From the IMG/VR virus record IMGVR_UViG_3300021082_000023, positions 794-64,793 of that record: a stretch of 64,000 nucleotides of DNA; one strand, given 5' to 3'. Made by a program: the position numbers and the translations under genes. The number at the start of each line of letters is the position of its first letter. The first letter of the stretch is position 1. A model generated the notes under the pieces. It had not been told where the DNA came from. It ran no database searches and was given only the letters and a program-made list of their open reading frames with translations. Shown here piece after piece: positions 1 to 9,090 of the stretch. The DNA is from a virus. Lineage: Duplodnaviria; Caudoviricetes.

Positions 1-1927
1 CTGGCGGCGGCCGCAGCGAATCGAATGTCTTCTCATCCACCGCAACGCCTGTGGTATCGCTGCCGAACGTGGAGTCCACAACGGCGGCGGAAGTCCCATA
101 GGTTCCACCGTCGTACACATAGAATTGCGGCGCGTACTTCGGCGTCGGCTGTGTGTTGACGCCGTCGCTGGTGTCCAGCGTCGATCCAGAATCTCCCACC
201 CACGGATAGGCTTTGAAATTGACGGTGATCTGATCCCCGGCCGTGAACGTGCTTGTGGAGATGGTGGCGATGTATTCGCTGACCTTCCCGTAATCCTCCA
301 TCAGCGGATCGATGGTGGCACCCGTCACTGTCACGCTGACACTGTGGGAATGTTGATCGGTCGCGGTGAACACCACGCAGGCCACTGGCTTCCCATTGAT
401 GGCGGAGCGGTGAAAGGCCACACAACGGACATCGAACGATGGGCCGCTGACTTTCTGCCAACCTGGCCAGCTCCAGTTCGCAATCACCTTTGGATGGGCC
501 AGTGTGGAATTGTTGATGACAGTTCCACCGGCCGAAACGGCGCCGTTTGGTGTACCGCCTTGGGTATAGAAACCGCTGCCAATGGTGACCGTCACGGTGT
601 CGCCGCTGAAAATGAAATCACTCAACGCCACACGGACCGTCAGCGCCCCTCCGGAAACCGCCTCATCGTTGACGGTTGGATTCGGATAAGGTTTGCGCAC
701 CTCATGGGTACCGTAAACGGTGCGGACGATGGTGACCGCGCCGCCGCTGGCATCGTAGCCAGGGGAACTGACGCTGAAGGCGATCTTGGCCGCGGAAGGA
801 TCGTTGCGCGATCCCAGGCCCATCGCGTAGGTGCCACCTGTGCTCAAGCCGGCGATTTCAATTTCGGCCACCCAGCCGTTGTGTGCCGCTGCGCTCGCGA
901 TCCGTACCGCCGTGATGGTGCCGGCCGCGGCAACGGCCGTTTGGGAACCTTCCAACCAGAAGGCGGTGTTATTGGTAAAGGCGTTACTGTCCGCCGCCAT
1001 ATAGTCTGGCGATTTCGCGGAATCCCAGACCTGCACATCACCGATGGAACCATTCCAGTTTCGGCCGGCCGTGTTGGAATCATTTCCAACTTGTAACGAT
1101 CCGGAATTGGAATTCAGATCCCCTTCCGCCGTGCCAGTTCCATCCGAGGCGCCGCCGACATAACCAATCAGGCCACCCGCAGGATCGTAGGTTAATCCAA
1201 TCCGGTAAAACGTTCCCGTGGACAAGGTGTGCGAGCCAGTGCCATCGTAGTTCGAACTGCCGGTTGTTCCATCGAGATAAATCGCGAGCGTTCCATCCGA
1301 TTTGACGAACAGTTGGGAATACTCTGCCCCATTCGTTTTGGACAAAACCGCGTTGTAGGCGTTTGGTAACGATGTCGCTTTGACGGTGGCCAGGTAAGTT
1401 TCCGTTGTCAGGTTCGTGAGCGATGGTGTGGCCTCTGTCGCGTACTGCGCGGAAGCAGACAGCAATCCCATCGCGCCATCGATCAGTCCGGCCGCGGCCG
1501 TTGGCGTGTTTGTTCCTGTGAAATTATTCCCGTTGGCCGTGGCGTCATTCAGATTCAGCGCGGAACCGTTCCCAAGCGGAAGCACCGTTTTCGCGCCGGA
1601 GGGCCACACACTGGAACTGCTGCCGTCGCTGGTTAACGTCGAATCGCCGTAACCGAAATAGATGACCAACCCAACAACGGCGCTGACATTGACAAACCCA
1701 ATCCAAATCCCGTTGACGCCATCATAGAATTTCTGCTGATACGTCAGAGCCGTTGTTAGGCCGGAATCGGAATATGGGCGGATGTCATTCCCATTAATGA
1801 CATAGCCACCGTTGGCGATGGTTTTGTAACGCGCCCCACTCAGGACAACAGGCGCGACAAAGCCGCTGAGCGTACCAGTGACTTGCCCCGCTTGGATTGT
1901 GAATGGGGTCTTGTAAGCTTGAGCCAT
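1..1927 (-). CDS. Large virion protein, N-terminal part (DUF2341-like plus LamG/concanavalin-like domain); runs off the left edge
   Basis: ATG at 1927 after GGGAGTCTCCCT; reads MAQAYKTPFTIQAGQVTGTLSGF...DIRPYSDSG...WNGSIGDVQVWD. I saw no stop before position 1; absent from the ORF track, presumably because the stop lies outside the window. Confidence 0.75.
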   Translation of the reverse strand, partial: MAQAYKTPFTIQAGQVTGTLSGFVAPVVLSGARYKTIANGGYVINGNDIRPYSDSGLTTALTYQQKFYDGVNGIWIGFVNVSAVVGLVIYFGYGDSTLTSDGSSSSVWPSGAKTVLPLGNGSALNLNDATANGNNFTGTNTPTAAAGLIDGAMGLLSASAQYATEATPSLTNLTTETYLATVKATSLPNAYNAVLSKTNGAEYSQLFVKSDGTLAIYLDGTTGSSNYDGTGSHTLSTGTFYRIGLTYDPAGGLIGYVGGASDGTGTAEGDLNSNSGSLQVGNDSNTAGRNWNGSIGDVQVWDSAKSPDYMAADSNAFTNNTAFWLEGSQTAVAAAGTITAVRIASAAAHNGWVAEIEIAGLSTGGTYAMGLGSRNDPSAAKIAFSVSSPGYDASGGAVTIVRTVYGTHEVRKPYPNPTVNDEAVSGGALTVRVALSDFIFSGDTVTVTIGSGFYTQGGTPNGAVSAGGTVINNSTLAHPKVIANWSWPGWQKVSGPSFDVRCVAFHRSAINGKPVACVVFTATDQHSHSVSVTVTGATIDPLMEDYGKVSEYIATISTSTFTAGDQITVNFKAYPWVGDSGSTLDTSDGVNTQPTPKYAPQFYVYDGGTYGTSAAVVDSTFGSDTTGVAVDEKTFDSLRPPP

Positions 1928-1942
1928 AGGGAGACTCGGGAA

Positions 1943-2275
1943 CTAGCGGTGTTTGTTCGCTGCCTGTTTGATGGCCGTCATGACGGAAGAGACGGAGGCA
2001 TCCGAGTTGATCTTCGAATTCAGGCTACTCAGTTCGTCATACGAGGCCTTTGCCATCGCGTTCTGTGCGGCCTGGTCCACACCCGCATAACCGTAATAGG
2101 CAGCCGCGCCGGTGAAGTTGGCCGCGTTGTTTGGATCTGCGCTGTCGCATAGGTGCACGAATGTCGCCAGTTCTCGCGGCAACAGCGTCTGCCCATTCTC
2201 CAGGAAGTTCAGAATTTGCAGGATCCGCCCAGCGCCAGCCGTCGCTGGATTGAAAGTAATTTTTGTATTTGCCAC
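1943..2275 (-). CDS. Hypothetical virion-associated protein
   Basis: 110 aa ORF with GGAGG RBS in the structural operon. Confidence 0.6.
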   Translation of the reverse strand: MANTKITFNPATAGAGRILQILNFLENGQTLLPRELATFVHLCDSADPNNAANFTGAAAYYGYAGVDQAAQNAMAKASYDELSSLNSKINSDASVSSVMTAIKQAANKHR

Positions 2276-2290
2276 GGTCCCTCCCTACGT

Positions 2291-3127
2291 TTAGTTGTCG
2301 ACTTCCCGAATGTGCAGCCAGCTGCCAACCTTGACCGTCAGCCCAGCCGCGACGGCGATTTCCGATTTCCCGCGCATGGCGAATGTGCCATCGGCCGATG
2401 GTTGAATGTAACCGGAAATGTAGGCAATCCGCTGTGAAGTGGAACCCGTGGTCTGTGCCGTGACGGCCGTATCGCGCGCGGTAATCACGCCGGCAGAAAC
2501 GGCCGCCGCAGTGACGCTTGGTGTGACGGTATCAATGGTGCCCACAATGGAAACGGTTGGCGCGGCGCCGATGTTATAACCAAATTGGGATCCCGTGGTG
2601 GAAGCGTCGTTGACATGAAACAGCACCGCTTCGAACACATACTTTTTTCCGCTCTTGAGCGGCGTTGTCAGGCCAGTGATGTCGGTAAAGGACGTTGTGG
2701 CGTTGATGTAATCCGATCCCGTGACGATCAGAAAGACATCCAATTTCGCTTGGGCCGGTTTTGGCGCGCCGTTGACATCGTAGAGTGTGAACACCCCGTT
2801 GGCATCCAACACCACCGCCTCGCCGGACAGCAGTGTGCCCTTCCACAAAATTTCCACGGTGGTCCCATCCGTATGTTGGATGGTGATCAGGTTACTGACA
2901 GAGGCATCCGTGTTGCGCACGGACAACAGTTTGGTATTGCGCTGTGTGCTGGCGCCTGGCGCGGCCACAACATCCGTTGTTGCTGCCGTGGAGATGACCG
3001 CTGTGTTGGTACGGCCAGGTGTGACGACGCCGGACACATTATCCGCCCACGACGCATGGACATAGATGGTGCCGGCCGATCCCGTGATGACCTGTACTTT
3101 GTCGGACGTCGATGTTTGTAGAAGCAT
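2291..3127 (-). CDS. Putative virion structural protein (beta-rich, Thr/Ala/Val-rich)
   Basis: 278 aa, GGAG RBS, composition typical of tail or fibre proteins. Confidence 0.6.
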   Translation of the reverse strand: MLLQTSTSDKVQVITGSAGTIYVHASWADNVSGVVTPGRTNTAVISTAATTDVVAAPGASTQRNTKLLSVRNTDASVSNLITIQHTDGTTVEILWKGTLLSGEAVVLDANGVFTLYDVNGAPKPAQAKLDVFLIVTGSDYINATTSFTDITGLTTPLKSGKKYVFEAVLFHVNDASTTGSQFGYNIGAAPTVSIVGTIDTVTPSVTAAAVSAGVITARDTAVTAQTTGSTSQRIAYISGYIQPSADGTFAMRGKSEIAVAAGLTVKVGSWLHIREVDN

Positions 3128-3157
3128 TTAATTCTCCAAGTTGCCGACAGCCGACAA

Positions 3158-3550
3158 TTAAAGCGCGAACCAGCCGCTTGCGTGGACCGTGACGTTGATG
3201 TTGCCGCCGTTGGGCGTCACGGGCATGCCGGTAATCCCGGTATCGTAGAACACCACCAGCGCGTCACTGGCATGGGTATCGTCGTAGATGATGATGTCCT
3301 CGGACTGATCCCCGGTAACGGCGGTCCACGAGAAATCGGCGGAGTCAAACACACCCAGCGCGATGGTCAGTGTGCCCAATGTCGCCGTCGACACAATTCC
3401 GCCGCCTGCCACGTCGGCCAGGTCATCGTGCGCGGAACTGTACGTGTAGTCTGCCGCGTCCACCAGAATGGCCTTGATGGTGTCGGTGTCCATATCCAGC
3501 GCTTTGTCCAACAGACGTTGTTTGAAAATCGGATACAGGGCATTTGCCAT
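3158..3550 (-). CDS. Conserved phage tail/virion protein
   Basis: MANALY...DTIKAILVD...VTPNGGNINVTVHASGWFAL pattern recalled from phage structural modules. Confidence 0.65.
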   Translation of the reverse strand: MANALYPIFKQRLLDKALDMDTDTIKAILVDAADYTYSSAHDDLADVAGGGIVSTATLGTLTIALGVFDSADFSWTAVTGDQSEDIIIYDDTHASDALVVFYDTGITGMPVTPNGGNINVTVHASGWFAL

Positions 3551-3564
3551 TTAGCGGCTCCTTT

Positions 3565-3945
3565 TCAATTTACGGACATCGACACGGGCGGCAGGATGAG
3601 CAGTTGTTCACTGGGCGTCCCATCCTGCCGGCTCCCGGCCATCAATTTCGCATTCATCTTCACCTGTGTTCCCACGCCGAAACCGTTGGTGAAAAACCTT
3701 TCGAACAATTCGCGGATGTAGTTCACGTAATCGGGATCGTGGATCGGATGGCCCTCGCTCAAAACCTGCACCAAATAACCGCGGCTGTTCTGTTCGATCT
3801 TCATCCGTGAGGCCGAACCAAAACACTTCCTGGCGAAGCGGGCGGCGTTCTCCCGGACTTCCGCGAACGACCGCTGGCGGATGGTTCCTGGCACCACGAA
3901 CAGCACCCACTTACTCCACCGCTGGTTTTGAGAATTCGGATCCAT
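3565..3945 (-). CDS. Hypothetical protein
   Basis: 126 aa ORF packed in the operon. Confidence 0.5.
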   Translation of the reverse strand: MDPNSQNQRWSKWVLFVVPGTIRQRSFAEVRENAARFARKCFGSASRMKIEQNSRGYLVQVLSEGHPIHDPDYVNYIRELFERFFTNGFGVGTQVKMNAKLMAGSRQDGTPSEQLLILPPVSMSVN

Positions 3946-3951
3946 GCCGTT

Positions 3952-4212
3952 TTACCGCGTGCCGGGCATCGACACGTTGCCGATATCGGCCAGCCGCAAG
4001 GCCACCTTCGCGTCCTGACGGGCGAAGTAAGTGCCTTTGATGGTCACTGTCCGGTGCTCGGGTTTCTCGTGACATTCCTTACACACCGGAACCGCCATCC
4101 ACAATTTGGCCGGATCCGTCTGGACTTGTGTGGGTTCGTCGGCATCGAACTTCATCACCGCAACGATGGGATGTTCCTCGGCACGGATGCCGCAGCCGTA
4201 GCAATTTTCCAT
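3952..4212 (-). CDS. Small Zn-binding protein
   Basis: CYGC...CKECH motifs; GGAG RBS. Confidence 0.55.
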   Translation of the reverse strand: MENCYGCGIRAEEHPIVAVMKFDADEPTQVQTDPAKLWMAVPVCKECHEKPEHRTVTIKGTYFARQDAKVALRLADIGNVSMPGTR

Positions 4213-4224
4213 AGTGGTCTCCTT

Positions 4225-4884
4225 TTAATCGACTCTCGAAATCTGATGACACCCGTCGTTGACGCCAGCGGCGCCCATCGCATCCAGACGGAGATGCTCG
4301 CAGCGCAGCTCCGGAACCGTCGCCACCGTGAAGCCGGCGCGAATCGCCGACAGCGTGAAGAACCCGTCGTGTCCGCCGTATTCACATCGATTGGGAATCA
4401 GGTCCAGAAACGGCTTCGGCGTGGAGCTACCCGGATGACGCATGCCGGGAATGAGATCGGTTCGAAACCACGGCGAGGGCAGTCCCTCAAACACGCGGCG
4501 ATTTATTAACATGCAGCCCGTCCCCAAAGTGTGCAGCTCGCCATCGTCCGTGCGAATCTCCGAATTTCGATTCGGCCCGCCTTCCTTCAGGTTGTAATTG
4601 ATCGCCGCCACATCAACGTTCAGGTTCAGTAGTTCAATCAGGGCGTTGGTTGGAACCACGATGTCTTCTTCCACAAACCACGCGTACTGCGCACTCATCG
4701 TCAAAAACACTTCCACCAATGAATTGAAACTGTCCGGAATCGGTTTGTCCCCACACCGCAGCGATGGCAACGTGCAATCGATCATGTGATGGAGGTAGGC
4801 ATAGGCCAACGCGTTCTCCAGAGCCATGGAAGACTCCGTGAACTCCAAACCGCGCGTTGGCCTTAAGGCGACGACGGAAGTCAT
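4225..4884 (-). CDS. GT-A-fold glycosyltransferase-like protein
   Basis: WFVEEDIV (DxD position), GTGCMLINRRVFEGLPSPWF, GGHDGFF; paralog of 10484-11113. Confidence 0.6.
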   Translation of the reverse strand: MTSVVALRPTRGLEFTESSMALENALAYAYLHHMIDCTLPSLRCGDKPIPDSFNSLVEVFLTMSAQYAWFVEEDIVVPTNALIELLNLNVDVAAINYNLKEGGPNRNSEIRTDDGELHTLGTGCMLINRRVFEGLPSPWFRTDLIPGMRHPGSSTPKPFLDLIPNRCEYGGHDGFFTLSAIRAGFTVATVPELRCEHLRLDAMGAAGVNDGCHQISRVD

Positions 4885-5936
4885 TACGCAGCCACCAGCA
4901 ACTCGGATGTATTCACGGCCGCGCGAACTGCCCAGGTCAAATACGGATCACTGGTCCCCTTCAAGATCGTGTCTTCGCTCAGCGTCAAGGTGTAGGCGGT
5001 TTGCATGTCGATCTCGGAAAACGCTTCAGCCGAGAACTTCACGCGAGGGAACGTCAGCTGGACCTGATTGCGGTAGACGCCGGCAATCTGATCCCCAACG
5101 AACGTGATGCGAAGTTCACATTCGGTATCGTTCAAGAACAGGTTCCGCCTGGCGTTGTCGATGAAGAGGACGATGGATCCGCTCGCCGCCTGATCGCCAA
5201 TCAGCGCCTTGCTCAAGAGATTCTCTTCGTTTGACGGCGCGCCCGGCAGCCACCAGCCTTTGGCGCTCTGCGTGATGTTGACATTCATGCTCAGCACGTC
5301 GGTGGAAATGTTGGTGGCGTAGGTCCCGCCCGATGCCCCAAACCGGATATCGGCGTTGAGCAATTTGAAAAACGACTGGCTGGCCAGCAGCGATGGCATC
5401 GAGGTCGCATCGGAGGCCATCTTTCGGGCAAAGCCTTCCCATCCCAGCACCACGTGGTCATTGCGCTCGGCCTTGATGTTGAAGCTGTTGATGATCGCGC
5501 CGGAAATCAGGTTCTGGTATTCGCTGCCCATCTTCTCGATGAAGCTGGTGGGAATGCAGTTGGGATTGGTGGTGGGCGACTGGAACGTGAAGACGTGATC
5601 GTAGGCCGTGGGCGCCACCGCGCTGTTGGGCTGAGACGAGACCAGGCTTCCCAGCACAAACGCACCGGCAAATAACGCCGAGTGCTGCGTCATGGAGTAC
5701 TCGCGCGCGGGAATGACGAGGCGCTTGTCGATGTTGTCCTTGAAGGTGGCGAAGCTATGGCCCTTCCCGTACCAGTTGCGATCGCTGACCTGATCGGGGA
5801 ACTCCTGCGTGCTGGGCGTGAAGCCCCGCTGCGGCAGCATCTTGTTGATCTGGGCGGCAGCGATTCCAGTGCTCAACGCGCTCTGCTTGTTGAGCGAAAA
5901 GGCGAACTGCATTTCTCGTGCTCGTAAAACGGACAT
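4884..5936 (-). CDS. Major tail tube protein
   Basis: 350 aa beta-rich protein directly after head-completion genes; AYDHVFT and LTFPRVKF motifs. Confidence 0.7.
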   Translation of the reverse strand: MSVLRAREMQFAFSLNKQSALSTGIAAAQINKMLPQRGFTPSTQEFPDQVSDRNWYGKGHSFATFKDNIDKRLVIPAREYSMTQHSALFAGAFVLGSLVSSQPNSAVAPTAYDHVFTFQSPTTNPNCIPTSFIEKMGSEYQNLISGAIINSFNIKAERNDHVVLGWEGFARKMASDATSMPSLLASQSFFKLLNADIRFGASGGTYATNISTDVLSMNVNITQSAKGWWLPGAPSNEENLLSKALIGDQAASGSIVLFIDNARRNLFLNDTECELRITFVGDQIAGVYRNQVQLTFPRVKFSAEAFSEIDMQTAYTLTLSEDTILKGTSDPYLTWAVRAAVNTSELLVAA

Positions 5937-5958
5937 AGTCGAAAACCCTCCCTAAAAA

Positions 5959-6381
5959 TTACAGATATTCGCCGACCAGAATCGTGATCTCGGCACCGGC
6001 CCAATAACGCGGCTCGGATCCATACATCGCATTCACGTGGGTGACATTGCCCTTCCACGTTTCTGCCACAGCCGTTGTTTCCTTGATGACGTCCTTGACC
6101 AACTGCACCTTTTCGATCAACTGAATCACCGCGTCGCTGTTCTTTTCGGTGGCCAGATAGAGCCATGCCTTCAGAGTCAGGCGCGCATTGAACGGCTCGA
6201 TCCACTTCAAATCGCCGCCTTCGATCTGCAGCGACTCGTCATCCCAGAACAAGTACAGCGCCGGAAACGGGGACTGCGAAGGCGGCAACGGCGTCAGATC
6301 GCACTCCGGCAGCGTCTCGATCGAATCGAGGGCCCGCTGAATTTCCTGGAATGCCTGGAGTAGTCCGTTGCGTTCTGCCAT
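5959..6381 (-). CDS. Tail terminator-like protein
   Basis: Position before the tail tube, 140 aa, FPALYLFW motif. Confidence 0.5.
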   Translation of the reverse strand: MAERNGLLQAFQEIQRALDSIETLPECDLTPLPPSQSPFPALYLFWDDESLQIEGGDLKWIEPFNARLTLKAWLYLATEKNSDAVIQLIEKVQLVKDVIKETTAVAETWKGNVTHVNAMYGSEPRYWAGAEITILVGEYL

Positions 6382-6846
6382 TTAACCTTTCGCGATCCGA
6401 ATGACGCGGTCGGGAAACGATTCTCCGATCGCTGCTGCAAATTCCTGTTCGCCGGTATCGATCAAATACGGAAAGGACTCCTCGAGTCCGGGCTGCAGGA
6501 ACGGCCGCGCGGCAAACGTTTTCGCTGGAATGTGCGCGGACTTCCGGAAGATGAAGCCACCCGCGGTAGGGATCTTCAGGGCCTTCGCATTGATCGGATA
6601 GACGAAATACGCCGGCCGGGTGAATCCCAGTTCCCAGCCGACTCCGTACTGGACGCTCGTGCCTACCGTGAAGCTGGTGTCGTCGTTTGATGCCTCACTT
6701 CCCACCGATCGCACCAGCGTTCCGGTGCGGCGTTTCAATACCTGACCGGAGAGCTTCTTGTCTCGAATGACATTGACGACATACAGCCGGCCCTTGTTGG
6801 CCCAGTTGCGCATGGCCGTCCGAATTGCTGTGGATATTCCAGCCAT
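6382..6846 (-). CDS. HK97 gp10-like tail completion protein
   Basis: RRTGTLVRS, VGTSVQYG, ARPFLQPGL motifs. Confidence 0.7.
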   Translation of the reverse strand: MAGISTAIRTAMRNWANKGRLYVVNVIRDKKLSGQVLKRRTGTLVRSVGSEASNDDTSFTVGTSVQYGVGWELGFTRPAYFVYPINAKALKIPTAGGFIFRKSAHIPAKTFAARPFLQPGLEESFPYLIDTGEQEFAAAIGESFPDRVIRIAKG

Positions 6847-7545
6847 CTAACGAAAGCTCGGGAACACACCGCGCTTCAGCGGCGCGAGCATTCCCTCCTC
6901 CTGCTTGGTCAGGCAAACATCGAGATAGGAAGTGCTGGAACCGTCAAAGGACACGGACGCCACATCCCACCGGTTGTTTTTGAACTGATTGAAAATGCGA
7001 GCTGCCGCCATGAAGCACACCATTCTCATCAAGGCAGCGTCTCCGGAACTGGGGACAACCACGGAGTAGTCGGCCAGTAGATTCATGGTTCCGGGTGGCA
7101 GTCCCGGATACGGCCAGAGTGGAGTCAGGACCCAGTCCAGCTCCCTGACAATGCCGGTGGACAGTTCCACGTGGTAACCATTGCGTGGGAATTCGGTCGA
7201 TGCCGTCACGGACCCATCTACCGCACTCCGCTCGGTGACCACTTTGAGGGCAGTAAATTCCCCCACCGGTGCGCGGCGCAGGATGAAAGACGTCGGCCGC
7301 CGGATGACGATGTCGTCCTGAACTGTCGGCCAGGGAATGGAATACTCTTCCCCTTCGATTTCCAGTTCTTCCCCGACGATGCTGACTTTCCGGCGAACCA
7401 AGGCCTCGACCGTGCGAACAATGATCGATTCCCGATCGACCGCATCCGCAGAATCGCCGCCCCATTGACCGGCCTCTCGAAAGCCGGGGCACATGACGGC
7501 GTATTCCTGGTTCGTGGCTAAGGTTCCAACGTTAGTGATTGGCAC
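6847..7545 (-). CDS. Head-tail connector/adaptor
   Basis: Position after the capsid genes; C-terminal SVSFDGSSTSY...MLAPLKR. Confidence 0.6.
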   Translation of the reverse strand: MPITNVGTLATNQEYAVMCPGFREAGQWGGDSADAVDRESIIVRTVEALVRRKVSIVGEELEIEGEEYSIPWPTVQDDIVIRRPTSFILRRAPVGEFTALKVVTERSAVDGSVTASTEFPRNGYHVELSTGIVRELDWVLTPLWPYPGLPPGTMNLLADYSVVVPSSGDAALMRMVCFMAAARIFNQFKNNRWDVASVSFDGSSTSYLDVCLTKQEEGMLAPLKRGVFPSFR

Positions 7546-7990
7546 TCAATTCCTTGATTCGGTTTTCGATGGCAGCCACGACTCCGCTGCGGCCATTTGG
7601 AAATTGCGGATGCGTCTTTTCGCCTTCGAGTAAAAGCAGAAGCACGCCGGGATCAGCGACTGTGGCGATGAAGTCCTTGGCGTCGGAGCTGTTCATGGCG
7701 TGAGTCTCTTTGCCGGTGATGGTGCCAGGCTCTCCGGGTTTCGCAGCATTGCTACTTTCGGCCGCCGTGACGGTGCCGGCGACTGCGAGATCTCCAGCCT
7801 CCGGAACTTTGGGCAGCTCGGCAGGAGCATCGGCCCCCAACTTCGCCGCTGCTCCAATCAGGTGGTGTTCCAGGCGCTCATCAATTTCAACGTAGGGTCG
7901 GTTGTCCTTCGGATCGCGTTTCATTTGCACGATCGTTCCGCCCAGATTCAGTTCCAGTTCGTATGCGGGCATGTAGATTCGTTTCAGCAT
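7532..7990 (-). CDS. Head-associated hypothetical protein
   Basis: ATG at 7990 with AGGAG RBS; C-terminal RSGVVAAIENRIKEL helix motif. Confidence 0.55.
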   Translation of the reverse strand: MLKRIYMPAYELELNLGGTIVQMKRDPKDNRPYVEIDERLEHHLIGAAAKLGADAPAELPKVPEAGDLAVAGTVTAAESSNAAKPGEPGTITGKETHAMNSSDAKDFIATVADPGVLLLLLEGEKTHPQFPNGRSGVVAAIENRIKELSANH

Positions 7991-8060
7991 GGTCTCTCCT
8001 TGAGATGCGATTGCCGGGGCAGTTCCAAAGAACCACCCCGGCACTACGTCAACCGGGCTC

Positions 8061-9089
8061 TTAGGCAGTCGGGTCGACGATTGTGGTCCGGACTTCCACA
8101 TTCAGGCGGGCGAAGTGATCGGAGAATCCGTCACCATCGAGAGCGCCGAACATGATGCCCTTGTAGGGCGTATCGAGAACGGTTGTCATCGGGAACTCGA
8201 ACACTTTCGGTTCCGCCCCTGCCTGACCCAACGGCTCGACATATTCCCAACGCAGCTTGTCGTTGGAGATGATGTGTGTCGGATACACATTCGGAGTGCC
8301 AGCGACAACTGAGTTGAATGGATCTGCGATGATGGGCAGTCGGCCAGCCTGAGTGTCAATGGTGGCGCACTGCACGCCTTGAATGACCACACCGCCCGGT
8401 GCGCCAACTGCGTTGTCGTTGATCTTCATCTTCATCTGTTCCTGAGTGATGTAGTACGCCACGACAGGATTGGCGAAGACATGGGTCGGCATGACACTCT
8501 TCGAGGAGCTGTTCATCATGTCGACGACCTTGGCTTGGATCGCCTTCACAACTGATGCCGTTGACAGGACGGTAGTGCCCGAACCGATCAGAATCTTCAG
8601 TCCGTCAAATTCCAGCGGATCGCCCGACAAGGTTCCGTTGTAGAACTGACGGTTCCATTCCTTAAACATCGCGGACGTGATGTCGCCGATGTCTTTCTGG
8701 GTCAGGTCACCGTGAGGATTATTCTGCTGTTCCGTGAGCGACCGTTTATACATGCCGAAATTTCGATCCGAAGTGATCGCCTTGATTTCGACAGGAGTGC
8801 GCGTCGTGCGCGTTGCCGTGGTAGCCGAGAATGTCAGCGTGTTCTTGTCCACTGGACGAGCAGCGCCAAATGCCGACTGCAGAAAGCCAGTCGTAAAATC
8901 GCTATTGGCCGCGTGTTTGGTGACGATGCTCCACGGCAGAAACTTCCGCAGAAGATCATCAAACACTTTCGCATCGTAAATGTCGTGCGTGATAAACCCC
9001 TCACCCGTGGACACGTTTGGAGGAGTGCCAGCCGCTCGGTACTGCGCCTTCTGGATTGACCGGGCTTGAATATTTTGAAGCCAGTTCAT
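8061..9089 (-). CDS. Major capsid protein (HK97 fold)
   Basis: 342 aa after the protease/scaffold gene; EFDGLKILI and GRLPIIADPF motifs. Confidence 0.8.
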   Translation of the reverse strand: MNWLQNIQARSIQKAQYRAAGTPPNVSTGEGFITHDIYDAKVFDDLLRKFLPWSIVTKHAANSDFTTGFLQSAFGAARPVDKNTLTFSATTATRTTRTPVEIKAITSDRNFGMYKRSLTEQQNNPHGDLTQKDIGDITSAMFKEWNRQFYNGTLSGDPLEFDGLKILIGSGTTVLSTASVVKAIQAKVVDMMNSSSKSVMPTHVFANPVVAYYITQEQMKMKINDNAVGAPGGVVIQGVQCATIDTQAGRLPIIADPFNSVVAGTPNVYPTHIISNDKLRWEYVEPLGQAGAEPKVFEFPMTTVLDTPYKGIMFGALDGDGFSDHFARLNVEVRTTIVDPTA

Positions 9090-9090
9090 G

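Noticed and set aside
125-1096. 323-aa + strand ORF, and similar long shadow ORFs (12732-13820, 18937-19938, 21852-23297, 29620-30711, 37956-38780, 41911-42864)
   Set aside because: They lie antisense to recognisable genes or gene runs, have no motifs, and are expected in GC-rich DNA
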